NCBI GenBank assembly: GCA_964016885.1
Contig: OZ024741.1
Span: forward strand, 28,396,001-28,460,000
Direction: 5' to 3'
DNA from: Eledone cirrhosa
Taxonomy: Eukaryota
Length of the DNA stretch: 64,000 nt
A program made the translations under genes and the position numbers. Position 1 is the first letter of the stretch, and each line of letters opens with the position of its first letter. The notes under the pieces were generated by a model. That model ran no database searches. It saw only the letters and a program-made list of their open reading frames with translations, and was not told where the DNA came from. Below are positions 28,960-44,150 of this stretch, piece after piece.

Positions 28960-31900
28960 AGGTTATTGGTATATAACTGGTATATATAGGGATATAACTA
29001 CATATACAGATACTGTCAGTCTTACTACAGTGCAGGTTATTGTATATAACTGGTATATATAGAGATATAACTACATATACAGATACTGTCAGTCTTACTA
29101 CAGTGTAGGTTATTGGTAGATAACTGGTATATATAGGGATATAATTACATATAGATACTGTCAGTGGTACTACAGTGTAGGTTATTGGTAGATAACTGGT
29201 ATATATAGGGATATAACTACACAGATACTGTCAGTCTTACTAGCGTGTAGGTTATTGGTATATCACTGGTATATATAGGAATATAACTGCACATAGATAC
29301 TGTCAGTGGTACTACAGTGTAGGTTATTGGTAGATAACTGGTATATATAGGGATATAACTACACATAGATACTGACAGTGGTACTACAGTGTAGGTTATT
29401 GGTATATAACTGGTATATATAGGGATATAACTACATATAGATACTGTCAGTGGTACTATAGTGTAGGTTAATGGTATATAACTGGTATATATAGGGATAT
29501 AACTACACATAGATACTGTCAGTGGTACTACAGTGTAGGTTATTGGTAGATAACTGGTATATATAGGGATATAACTACATAGAGATACTGTCAGTGGTAC
29601 TACAGTGTAGGTTATTGGTAGATAACTGGTATATATAGGGATATAACTACACATAGATACTGTCAGTGGTACTACAGTGTAGGTTATTGGTAGATAACTG
29701 GTAAATATAGGGATATAACTACACATAGATACTGTCAGTGGTACTACGGTGTAGGTTATTGGTATATAACTGGAATATATAGGGATATAACTACACATAG
29801 ATACTGTCAGTGGTACTACAGTGTAGGATATTGTTATATGACTGGTATATATAGGATTATAACTACATATAGACACTGTCAGTGGTAATATAGTGTAGGT
29901 TATTGGTATATAACTGGTATATATAGGGATATAACTACACATAGATACTGTCAGTGGTACTACAGTGTAGGTTATTGCAAGATAACTGGTATATATAGGG
30001 ATATAACTACATATAGATACTGACAGTGGTACTACAGTGTAGGTTATTGGTAGATAACTTGTATATATCTGGATATAACTACATATAGATACTGTCAGTG
30101 GTACTACAGTGTAGGTTATTGGTAGATAACTGGTATATATAGGGATATAACTACACATAGATACTGTCAGTGGTACTACAGTGTAGGTTATTGGTATATA
30201 ACTGGTATATATATGGATATAACTACATATAGATACTTTCAGTGGTACTACAGTGTAGGTTATTGGTATATAACTGGTATATATAGGGATATAACTATAC
30301 ATAGATACTGTCAGTGGTACTACAGTGTAGGTTATTGGTAGAGAACTGGTATATATAGGGATATAACTACATATAGATACTGACAGTGGTACTACAGTGT
30401 AGGTTATTGGTATATAACTGGTATATAGAGGGATATAACTACATATAGATACTGTCAGTGGTACTACAGTGTAGGTTATTGGTAGATAACTGGTATATAT
30501 AGGGATATAACTACACATAGATACTGTCAGTGTTACTACAGTGTAGGCTATTGGTATAGAACTGGTATATATAGGGATATAACTACATATACAGATACTG
30601 TCAGTCTTACTACAGTGTAGTTTATTGGTATATAACTGGAATATATAGAGATATAACTACATATACAGATACTGTCAGTCTTACTGCAGTGTAGGTTATT
30701 GGTAGATGACTGGTATATATAGGGATATAACTACATATAGATACTGTCAGTGGTACTACAGTGTAGTTTATTGGTTGATAGCTGGTATATATAGGGATAT
30801 AACTTCACATAGATACTGTCAGTGGTACTACAGTGTAGGTTATTGGTAGATAACTGGTATATATAGGGATATAACTACACATAGATACTATCAGTCTTAC
30901 TAGAGTGTAGGTTATTGGTAGATAACTGGTATATATAAGGATATAACTACACATAGATACTGTCAGTGGTACTATAGTGTAGGTTATTGGTAGATCACTG
31001 GTATATATAGGGATATAACTACACATAGACACTGTCAGTGGTACTACAGTGTAGGTTATTGGTATATAACTGGTATATATAGGAATATAACTACATATAG
31101 ATACTGTCAGTGGTACTACGTTGTAGGTTATTGGTATATAACTGGAATATATAGCGATATAACTACACATAGATACTGTCAGTGGTACTACAGTGTAGGT
31201 TATTGGTATATAACTGGTATATATAGGGATATAACTACATATAGATACAGTCAGTGGTACTATAGTGTAGGTTGTTGGTATATCAATGGTATATATAGGG
31301 ATATAACTACACATAGATACTGTCAGTGGTACTACAGTGTAGGTTATTGGTAGATAACTGGTAAATATAGGGATATAACTACACATAGATACGGTCAGTG
31401 GTACTACAGTGTAGGTTATTGGTATATAACTGGAATATATAGGGATATAACTACACATAGATATTGTCAGTGGTACTAAAGTGTAGGTTATTGTTATATA
31501 ACTGGTATATATAGGATTATAACTACATATAGACACTGTCAGTGGTACTATAGTGTAGGTTATTGGTATATAACTGGTATATATAGGGATATAACTACAC
31601 ATAGATATTGTCAGTGGTACTACAGTGTAGGTTATTGCTATATAACTGGTATATATAGGGATATAACTACATATAGATACTGACAGTGGTACTACAGTGT
31701 AGGTTATTGGTAGATAACTGGTATATATCTGGATATAACTACATATAGATAATGTCAGTGGTACTACAGTGTAGGTTATTGGTAGATAACTGGTATATAT
31801 AGGGATATAACTACATATAGATACTGTCAGTGGTACTACAGTGTAGGTTATTGGTATATAACTGGTATATATAGGGATATAACTACATATAGATACTGTC

Positions 31901-34900
31901 AGTGGTACTACAGTGTAGGTTATTGGTATATAACTGGTATATATAGGGATATAACTATACATAGATACTGTCAGTGGTACTACAGTGTAGGTTATTGGTA
32001 GAGAACTGGTATATATAGGGATATAACAACATATAGATACTGACAGTGGTACTACAGTGTAGGTTATTGGTATATGACTGGGATATAGAAGGATATAAAT
32101 ACATATAGATACAGTCAGTGGAACTACAGTGTAGGTTATTGGTAGATAACTGGTATATATAGGGATATAACTACACATAGATATTGTCAGTGTTACTACA
32201 GTGTAGGTTATTGGTATAGAACTGGTATATATAGGGATATAACTACATATACAGATACTGTCAGTCTTACTACAGTGTAATTTATTGGTATATAACTGGG
32301 ATATATAGAGATATAACTACTTATACAGATACTGTCAGTCTTACTACAGTGTAGGTTATTGGTAGATAACTGGTATATATAGGGATATAACTACATATAG
32401 ATACTGTCAGTGGTACTACAGTGTAGGTTATTGGTTGATAGCTGGTATATATAGGGATATAACTACACATAGATACTGTCAGTTGTACTACAGTGTAGGT
32501 TATTGGTAGATAACTGGTATATATAGGGATATAACTACATATAGATACTGTCAGTGGTACTATAGTGTAGGTTATTGGTATATCAATGGTATATATAGGG
32601 ATATAACTACACATAGATACTGTCAGTGGTACTACAGTGTAGGGTATTGGTATATAACTTGTATATATAGGGAAATAACTATATATAGATACTGTCAGTG
32701 GTACTACAGTGTAAGTTATTGGTAGATAACTGGTATATATAGGGATATAACTGCACATAGATACTAACAGTGGTACTACAGTGTAGGTTATTGGTATATA
32801 ACTGGTATATATAGGGATATAACTACATATAGATACTGTCAGTGGTACTATAGTGTAGGTTATTGGTATATAACTGGTATATATAGGGATATAACTACAT
32901 ATACAGATACTGTCAGTCTTACTACAGTGCAGGTTATTGTATATAACTGGTATATATAGAGATATAACTACATATACAGATACTGTCAGTCTTACTACAG
33001 TGTAGGTTATTGGTAGATAACTGGTATATATAGGGATATAATTACATATAGATACTGTCAGTGGTACTACAGTGTAGGTTATTGGTAGATAACTGGTATA
33101 TATAGGGATATAACTACACAGATACTGTCAGTCTTACTAGCGTGTAGGTTATTGGTATATCACTGGTATATATAGGGATATAACTGCACATAGATACTGT
33201 CAGTGGTACTACAGTGTAGGTTATTGTTAGATAACTGGTATATATAGGGATATAACTACACATAGATACTGACAGTGGTACTACAGTGTAGGTTATTGGT
33301 ATATAACTGGTATATATAGGGATATAACTACATATAGATACTGTCAGTGGTACTATAGTGTAGGTTAATGGTATATAACTGGTATATATAGGGATATAAC
33401 TACACATAGATACTGTCAGTGGTACTACAGTGTAGGTTATTGGTAGATAACTGGTATATATAGGGATATAACTACATAGAGATACTGTCAGTGGTACTAC
33501 AGTGTAGGTTATTGGTAGATAACTGGTATATATAGGGATATAACTACACATAGATACTGTCAGTGGTACTACAGTGTAGGTTATTGGTAGATAACTGGTA
33601 AATATAGGGATATAACTACACATAGATACTGTCAGTGGTACTACGGTGTAGGTTATTGGTATATAACTGGAATATATAGGGATATAACTACACATAGATA
33701 CTGTCAGTGGTACTACAGTGTAGGATATTGTTATATGACTGGTATATATAGGATTATAACTACATATAGACACTGTCAGTGGTAATATAGTGTAGGTTAT
33801 TGGTATATAACTGGTATATATAGGGATATAACTACACATAGATACTGTCAGTGGTACTACAGTGTAGGTTATTGCAAGATAACTGGTATATATAGAGATA
33901 TAACTACATATAGATACTGACAGTGGTACTACAGTGTAGGTTATTGGTAGATAACTTGTATATATCTGGATATAACTACATATAGATACTGTCAGTGGTA
34001 CTACAGTGTAGGTTATTGGTAGATAACTGGTATATATAGGGATATAACTACACATAGATACTGTCAGTGGTACTACAGTGTAGGTTATTGGTATATAACT
34101 GGTATATATAGGGATATAACTACATATAGATACTTTCAGTGGTACTACAGTGTAGGTTATTGGTATATAACTGGTATATATAGGGATATAACTATACATA
34201 GATACTGTCAGTGGTACTACAGTGTAGGTTATTGGTAGAGAACTGGTATATATAGGGATATAACTACATATAGATACTGACAGTGGTACTACAGTGTAGG
34301 TTATTGGTATATAACTGGTATATAGAGGGATATAACTACATATAGATACTGTCAGTGGTACTACAGTGTAGGTTATTGGTAGAAAACTGGTATATATAGG
34401 GATATAACTACACATAGATACTGTCAGTGTTACTACAGTGTAGGTTATTGGTATAGAACTGGTATATATAGGGATATAACTACATATACAGATACTGTCA
34501 GTCTTACTACAGTGTAGTTTATTGGTATATAACTGGAATATATAGAGATATAACTACATATACAGATACTGTCAGTCTTACTGCAGTGTAGGTTATTGGT
34601 AGATAACTGGTATATATAGGGATATAACTACATATAGATACTGTCAGTGGTACTACAGTGTAGGTTATTGGTTGATAGCTGGTATATATAGGGATATAAC
34701 TTCACATAGATACTGTCAGTGGTACTACAGTGTAGGTTATTGGTAGATAACTGGTATATATAGGGATATAACTACACATAGATACTATCAGTCTTACTAG
34801 AGTGTAGGTTATTGGTAGATAACTGGTATATATAAGGATATAACTACACATAGATACTGTCAGTGGTACTATAGTGTAGGTTATTGGTAGATCACTGGTA

Positions 34901-35200
34901 TATATAGGGATATAACTACACATAGACACTGTCAGTGGTACTACAGTGTAGGTTATTGGTATATAACTGGTATATATAGGGATATAACTACATATAGATA
35001 CTGTCAGTGGTACTACGTTGTAGGTTATTGGTATATAACTGGAATATATAGCGATATAACTACACATAGATACTGTCAGTGGTACTACAGTGTAGGTTAT
35101 TGGTATATAACTGGTATATATAGGGATATAACTACATATAGATACTGTCAGTGGTACTATAGTGTAGGTTATTGGTATATCAATGGTATATATAGGGATA
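28960..35200. repeat. Higher-order duplication at 3,897-bp offset (~54 monomers)
   Basis: ORF ends 29217/33114 and 30805/34702. A private CTTACTGCAG variant occurs at 30684 and 34581. Confidence 0.83.
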
Positions 35201-35759
35201 TAACTACATAGAGATACTGTCAGTGGTACTACAGTGTAGGTTATTGGTAGATAACTGGTATATATAGGGATATAACTACACATAGATACTGTCAGTGGTA
35301 CTACAGTGTAGGTTATTGGTAGATAACTGGTAAATATAGGGATATAACTACACATAGATACTGTCAGTGGTACTACAGTGTAGGTTATTGGTATATAACT
35401 GGAATATATAGGGATAAAACTACACATAGATACTGTCAGTGGTACTAAAGTGTAGGTTATTGTTATATAACTGGTATATATACGATTATAACTACATATA
35501 GACACTGTCAGTGGTACTATAGTGTAGGTTATTGGTATATAACTGGTATATATAGGGATATAACTACACATAGATACTGTCAGTGGTACTACAGTGTAGG
35601 TTATTGCTATATAACTGGTATATATAGGGATATAACTACATATAGATACTGACAGTGGTACTACAGTGTAGGTTATTGGTAGATAACTGGTATATATAGG
35701 GATATAACTACATATAGATAATGTCAGTGGTACTACAGTGTAGGTTATTGGTAGATAAC

Positions 35760-38700
35760 TGGTATATATAGGGATATAACTATACATAGATACTGTCAGT
35801 GGTACTACAGTGTAGGTTATTGGTAGAGAACTGGTATATATAGGGATATAACTACATATAGATACTGACAGTGGTACTACAGTGAAGGTTATTGGTATAT
35901 GACTGGGATATATAGGGATATAACTACATATACAGATACTGTCAGTCTTACTACAGTGTAGTTTATTGGTATATAACTGGGATATATAGAGATATAACTA
36001 CATATACAGATACTGTCAGTCTTACTACAGTGTAGGTTATTGGTAGATAACTGGTATATATAGGGATATAACTACACATAGATACTGTCAGTGGTACTAC
36101 AGTGTAGGGTATTGGTATATAACTTGTATATATAGGGAAATAACTATATATAGATACTGTCAGTGGTACTACAGTGTAAGTTATTGGTAGATAACTGGTA
36201 TATATAGGGATATAACTGCACATAGATACTAACAGTGGTACTACAGTGTAGGTTATTGGTATATAACTGGTATATATAGGGATATAACTACATATAGATA
36301 CTGTCAGTGGTACTATAGTGTAGGTTATTGGTATATAACTGGTATATATAGGGATATAACTACACATAGATACTGTCAGTTGCACTACAGTGTAGGTTAT
36401 TGGTAGATAACTGGTATATATAGGGATATAAGTACATATAGATATTGACATTGGTACTACAGTGTAGGTTATTGGTAGATAACTGGTATATATATATGGA
36501 TATAACTACATATAGATACTGTCGGTGGTACTACAGTCTAGGTCATTGGTAGATAACTGGTATATATAGGGATATAACTACATATAGATACTGTCAGTGG
36601 TACTACAGTGTAGGTTATTGGTAGATAACTGGTATATATAGGGATATAACTACATATAGATACTGACAGTTGTACTACAGTGTATGTTATTGGTAGATAA
36701 CTGGTATATATAGGGATATAACTACATATAGATACTGTCAGTGGTACTACAGTCTAGGTTATTGGTAGATAACTGGTATATATAGGGATATAACTACATA
36801 GAGATACTGTCAGTGGTACTAGAGTGTAGGCTATTGGTAGATAACTGGTATATATAGGGATATAACTACACATAGATACTGTCAGTGGTGCTACAGTGTA
36901 GGTTATTGGTAGATAACTGGTATATATAGGGATATAACTTCATATAGATACTGACAGTTGTACCACAGTGTATGTTATTGGTAGATAACTGGTATATATA
37001 GGGATATAACTACATATAGATACTGTCAGTGGTACTACAATTTAAGTTATTGGTAGATAACTGGTATATATAGGGATATAACTACATAGAGATACTGTCA
37101 GTGGTACTAGAGTGTAGGCTATTGGTAGATAACTGGTATATATAGGGATATAACAACACATAGATACTGTCAGTGGTACTACAGTGTAGGTTATTGGTAT
37201 ATAACTGGTATATATAGGATTATAACTACATATAGATACTGTCAGTGGTACTATAGTGTAGGTTATTGGTATATAACTGGTATATATAGGGATATAACTA
37301 CACATAGATACTGTCAGTGGTACTACAGTGTAGGTTATTGGTAGATAAATGGTATATATAGGGATATAACTACATATAGATACTGACAGTGGTACTACAG
37401 TGTAGGTTATTGGTAGATAACTGGTATATATCAGGATATAACTACATATAGATACTGTCAGTGGTACTACAGTGTAGGTTATTGGTAGATAACTGGTATA
37501 TATAAAGATATAACTACATATAGAAACTGTCAGTGTTACTACAGTGTAGGTTATTGGTATATAACTGGTATATATAGGGATATAACTACATATACAGATA
37601 ATGTCAGTCTTACTACAGTGTAGGTTATTGGTAGATAACTGGTATATATAGGGATATAACTACATATAGATACTGACAGTGGTACTACAGTGTAGGTTAT
37701 TGGTAGATAACTGGTATATATAGGGATATAGCTACATATAGATACTGTCAGTGGTACTACAGTGTAGGTTATTGGTAGAGAACTGGGATATATAGGGATA
37801 TAACTACACATAGATACTGTCAGTGGTACTACAGAGAAGGTTATTGGTATATAACTGGTATATATAGGATTATAACTACATATAGATACTGACAGTGGTA
37901 CTACAGTGTAGGTTATTGGTATATAACTGGTATATATAGGGATATAACTACATACAGATACTGTCAGTGGTACTACAGTGTAGGTTATTGGTAGATAACT
38001 GGTATATATAGGGATATAACTACATATAGATACTGTCAGTGGTACTTTAGTGTAGGTTATTGGTATATAACTGGTATATATAGGGATATAACTACATATA
38101 GATACTGTCAGTGGTACTACGTTGTAGGTTATTGGTATATAACTGGAATATATAGGGATATAACTACATATAGATACTGTCAGTGGTACTATAGTGTAGG
38201 TTATTGGTATATCAATGGTATATATAGGGATATAACTACATAGAGATACTGTCAGTGGTACTACAGTGTAGGTTATTGGTAGATAACTGGTATATATAGG
38301 GATATAACTACACATAGATACTGTCAGTGGTACTACAGTGTAGGTTATTGGTAGATAACTGGTAAATATAGGGATATAACTACACATAGATACTGTCAGT
38401 GGTACTACAGTGTAGGTTATTGGTATATAACTGGAATATATAGGGATATAACTACACATAGATACTGTCAGTGGTACTAAAGTGTAGGTTATTGTTATAT
38501 AACTGGTATATATAGGATTATAACTACATATAGACACTGTCAGTGGTACTATAGTGTAGGTTATTGGTATATAACTGGTATATATAGGGATATAACTACA
38601 CATAGATACTGTCAGTGGTACTACAGTGTAGGTTATTGCAATATAACTGGTATATATAGGGATATAACTACATATAGATACTGACAGTGGTACTACAGTG

Positions 38701-41700
38701 TAGGTTATTGGTAGATAACTGGTATATATAGGGATATAACTACATATAGATAATGTCAGTGGTACTACAGTGTAGGTTATTGGTAGATAACTGGTATACA
38801 TAGGGATATAACTACATATAGATACTGTCAGTGGTACTACAGTGTAGGTTATTGGTATATAACTGGTATATATAGGGATATAACTATACATAGATACTGT
38901 CAGTGGTACTACAGTGTAGGTTATTGGTAGAGAACTGGTATATATAGGGATATAACTACATATAGATACTGACAGTGGTACTACAGTGAAGGTTATTGGT
39001 ATATGACTGGGATATATAGGGATATAACTACATATACAGATACTGTCAGTCTTACTACAGTGTAGTTTATTGGTATATAACTGGGATATATAGAGATATA
39101 ACTACATATACAGATACTGTCAGTCTTACTACAGTGTAGGTTATTGGTAGATAACTGGTATATATAGGGATATAACTACACATAGATACTGTCAGTGGTA
39201 CTACAGTGTAGGGTATTGGTATATAACTTGTATATATAGGGAAATAACTATATATAGATACTGTCAGTGGTACTACAGTGTAAGTTATTGGTAGATAACT
39301 GGTATATATAGGGATATAACTGCACATAGATACTAACAGTGGTACTACAGTGTAGGTTATTGGTATATAACTGGTATATATAGGGATATAACTACATATA
39401 GATACTGTCAGTGGTACTATAGTGTAGGTTATTGGTATATAACTGGTATATATAGGGATATAACTACACATAGATACTGTCAGTTGCACTACAGTGTAGG
39501 TTATTGGTAGATAACTGGTATATATAGGGATATAAGTACATATAGATATTGACATTGGTACTACAGTGTAGGTTATTGGTAGATAACTGGTATATATATA
39601 TGGATATAACTACATATAGATACTGTCAGTGGTACTACAGTCTAGGTCATTGGTAGATAACTGGTATATATAGGGATATAACTACATATAGATACTGTCA
39701 GTGGTACTACAGTGTAGGTTATTGGTAGATAACTGGTATATATAGGGATATAACTACATATAGATACTGACAGTTGTACTACAGTGTATGTTATTGGTAG
39801 ATAACTGGTATATATAGGGATATAACTACATATAGATACTGTCAGTGGTACTACAGTCTAGGTTATTGGTAGATAACTGGTATATATAGGGATATAACTA
39901 CATAGAGATACTGTCAGTGGTACTAGAGTGTAGGCTATTGGTAGATAACTGGTATATATAGGGATATAACTACACATAGATACTGTCAGTGGTGCTACAG
40001 TGTAGGTTATTGGTAGATAACTGGTATATATAGGGATATAACTTCATATAGATACTGACAGTTGTACCACAGTGTATGTTATTGGTAGATAACTGGTATA
40101 TATAGGGATATAACTACATATAGATACTGTCAGTGGTACTACAGTCTAGGTTATTGGTAGATAACTGGTATATATAGGGATATAACTACATAGAGATACT
40201 GTCAGTGGTACTAGAGTGTAGGCTATTGGTAGATAACTGGTATATATAGGGATATAACAACACATAGATACTGTCAGTGGTACTACAGTGTAGGTTATTG
40301 GTATATAACTGGTATATATAGGATTATAACTACATATAGATACTGTCAGTGGTACTATAGTGTAGGTTATTGGTATATAACTGGTATATATAGGGATATA
40401 ACTACACATAGATACTGTCAGTGGTACTACAGTGTAGGTTATTGGTAGATAAATGGTATATATAGGGATATAACTACATATAGATACTGACAGTGGTACT
40501 ACAGTGTAGGTTATTGGTAGATAACTGGTATATATCAGGATATAACTACATATAGATACTGTCAGTGGTACTACAGTGTAGGTTATTGGTAGATAACTGG
40601 TATATATAAAGATATAACTACATATAGAAACTGTCAGTGTTACTACAGTGTAGGTTATTGGTATATAACTGGTATATATAGGGATATAACTACATATACA
40701 GATAATGTCAGTCTTACTACAGTGTAGGTTATTGGTAGATAACTGGTATATATAGGGATATAACTACATATAGATACTGACAGTGGTACTACAGTGTAGG
40801 TTATTGGTAGATAACTGGTATATATAGGGATATAGCTACATATAGATACTGTCAGTGGTACTACAGTGTAGGTTATTGGTAGAGAACTGGGATATATAGG
40901 GATATAACTACACATAGATACTGTCAGTGGTACTACAGAGAAGGTTATTGGTATATAACTGGTATATATAGGATTATAACTACATATAGATACTGACAGT
41001 GGTACTACAGTGTAGGTTATTGGTATATAACTGGTATATATAGGGATATAACTACATACAGATACTGTCAGTGGTACTACAGTGTAGGTTATTGGTAGAT
41101 AACTGGTATATATAGGGATATAACTACATATAGATACTGTCAGTGGTACTATAGTGTAGGTTATTGGTATATAACTGGTATATATAGGGATATAACTACA
41201 TATAGATACTGTCAGTGGTACTACGTTGTAGGTTATTGGTATATAACTGGAATATATAGCGATATAACTACACATAGATACTGTCAGTGGTACTACAGTG
41301 TAGGTTATTGGTATATAACTGGTATATATAGGGATATAACTACATATAGATACTGTCAGTGGTACTATAGTGTAGGTTATTGGTATATCAATGGTATATA
41401 TAGGGATATAACTACATAGAGATACTGTCAGTGGTACTACAGTGTAGGTTATTGGTAGATAACTGGTATATATAGGGATATAACTACACATAGATACTGT
41501 CAGTGGTACTACAGTGTAGGTTATTGGTAGATAACTGGTAAATATAGGGATATAACTACACATAGATACTGTCAGTGGTACTACAGTGTAGGTTATTGGT
41601 ATATAACTGGAATATATAGGGATATAACTACACATAGATACTGTCAGTGGTACTAAAGTGTAGGTTATTGTTATATAACTGGTATATATAGGATTATAAC

Positions 41701-44150
41701 TACATATAGACACTGTCAGTGGTACTACAGTGTAGGTTATTGGTATATAACTGGTATATATAGGGATATAACTACACATAGATACTGTCAGTGGTACTAC
41801 AGTGTAGGTTATTGCTATATAACTGGTATATATAGGGATATAACTACATATAGATACTGACAGTGGTACTACAGTGTAGGTTATTGGTAGATAACTGGTA
41901 TATATCTGGATATAACTACATATAGATAATGTCAGTGGTACTACAGTGTAGGTTATTGATAGATAACTGGTATATATAGGGATATAACTACATATAGATA
42001 CTGTCAGTGGTACTACAGTGTAGGTTATTGGTATATAACTGGTATATATAGGGATATAACTACATATAGATACTGTCAGTGGTACTACAGTGTAGGTTAT
42101 TGGTATATAACTGGTATATATAGGGATATAACTATACATAGATACTGTCAGTGGTACTACAGTGTAGGTTATTGGTAGAGAACTGGTATATATAGGGATA
42201 TAACTACATATAGATACTGACAGTGGTACTACAGTGTAGGTTATTGGTATATGACTGGGATATAGAAGGATATAAATACATATAGATACAGTCAGTGGAA
42301 CTACAGTGTAGGTTATTGGTAGATAACTGGTATATATAGGGATATAACTACACATAGATACTGTCAGTGTTACTACAGTGTTGGTTATTGGTATAGAACT
42401 GGTATATATAGGGATATAACTACATATACAGATACTGTCAGTCTTACTACAGTGTAGTTTATTGGTATATAACTGGGATATATAGAGATATAACTACATA
42501 TACAGATACTGTCAGTCTTACTACAGTGTAGGTTATTGGTAGATAACTGGTATATATAGGGATATAACTACATATAGATACTGTCAGTGGTACTACAGTG
42601 TAGGTTATTGGTTGATAGCTGGTATATATAGGGATATAACTACACATAGATACTGTCAGTGGTACTACAGTGTAGGTTATTGGTAGATAACTGGTATATA
42701 TAGGGATATAACTACATATAGATACTGTCAGTGGTACTATAGTGTAGGTTATTGGTATATCAATGGTATATATAGGGATATAACTACACATAGATACTGT
42801 CAGTGGTACTACAGTGTAGGGTATTGGTATATAACTTGTATATATAGGGAAATAACTATATATAGATACTGTCAGTGGTACTACAGTGTAAGTTATTGGT
42901 AGATAACTGGTATATATAGGGATATAACTGCACATAGATACTAACAGTGGTACTACAGTGTAGGTTATTGGTATATAACTGGTATATATAGGGATATAAC
43001 TACATATAGATACTGTCAGTGGTACTATAGTGTAGGTTATTGGTATATAACTGGTATATATAGGGATATAACTACACATAGATACTGTCAGTTGTACTAC
43101 AGTGTAGGTTATTGGTAGATAACTGGTATATATAGGGATATAACTACATATAGATATTGACATTGGTACTACAGTGCAGGTTATTGGTAGATAACTGGTA
43201 TATATATATGGATATAACTACATATAGATACTGTCAGTGGTACTACAGTCTAGGTCATTGGTAGATAACTGGTATATATAGGGATATAACTACATATAGA
43301 TACTGTCAGTGGTACTACAGTGTAGGTTATTGGTAGATAACTGGTATATATAGGGATATAACTACATATAGATACTGACAGTTGTACTACAGTGTATGTT
43401 ATTGGTAGATAACTGGTATATATAGGGATATAACTACATATAGATACTGTCAGTGGTACTACAGTCTAGGTTATTGGTAGATAACTGGTATATATAGGGA
43501 TATAACTACATAGAGATACTGTCAGTGGTACTAGAGTGTAGGCTATTGGTAGATAACTGGTATATATAGGGATATAACAACACATAGATACTGTCAGTGG
43601 TACTACAGTGTAGGTTATTGGTATATAACTGGTATATATAGGATTATAACTACATATAGATATTGTCAGTGGTACTATAGTGTAGGTTATTGGTATATAA
43701 CTGGTATATATAGGGATATAACTACACATAGATACTGTCAGTGGTACTACAGTGTAGGTTATTGGTAGATAACTGGTATATATAGGGATATAACTACATA
43801 TAGATACTGACAGTGGTACTACAGTGTAGGTTATCGGTAGATAACTGGTATATATCGGGATATAACTACATATAGATACTGTCAGTGGTACTACAGTGTA
43901 GGTTATTGGTAGATAACTGGTATTTATAAAGATATAACTACATATAGATACTGTCAGTTTTACTACAGTGTAGGTTATTGGTATATAACTGGTATATATA
44001 GGGATATAACTACATATACAGATAATGTCAGTCTTACTACAGTGTAGGTTATTGGTAGATAACTGGTATATATAGGGATATAACTACATATAGATACTGA
44101 CAGTGGTACTACAGTGTAGGTTATTGGTAGATAACTGATATATATAGGGA
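35760..44150. repeat. Higher-order repeat with 3,104-bp then 3,320-bp period (43 and 46 monomers)
   Basis: ORF boundaries 35963/39067, 37042/40146/43466 and 37551/40655/43975. Private markers GTTGCACT, GGTGCTAC, GTACCAC and TAGAAACT occur in the first two copies. Confidence 0.85.

Larger units (their letters stand above)
1..43900. repeat. Left sub-domain: irregular higher-order mosaic of recurring multi-monomer modules
   Basis: Ordered series of rare variants recur at irregular offsets. For example, the TTCACATAG-led module starts at 2731, 6194, 8066, 9870, 15137, 21925, 25608, 30805 and 34702. Confidence 0.88.
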
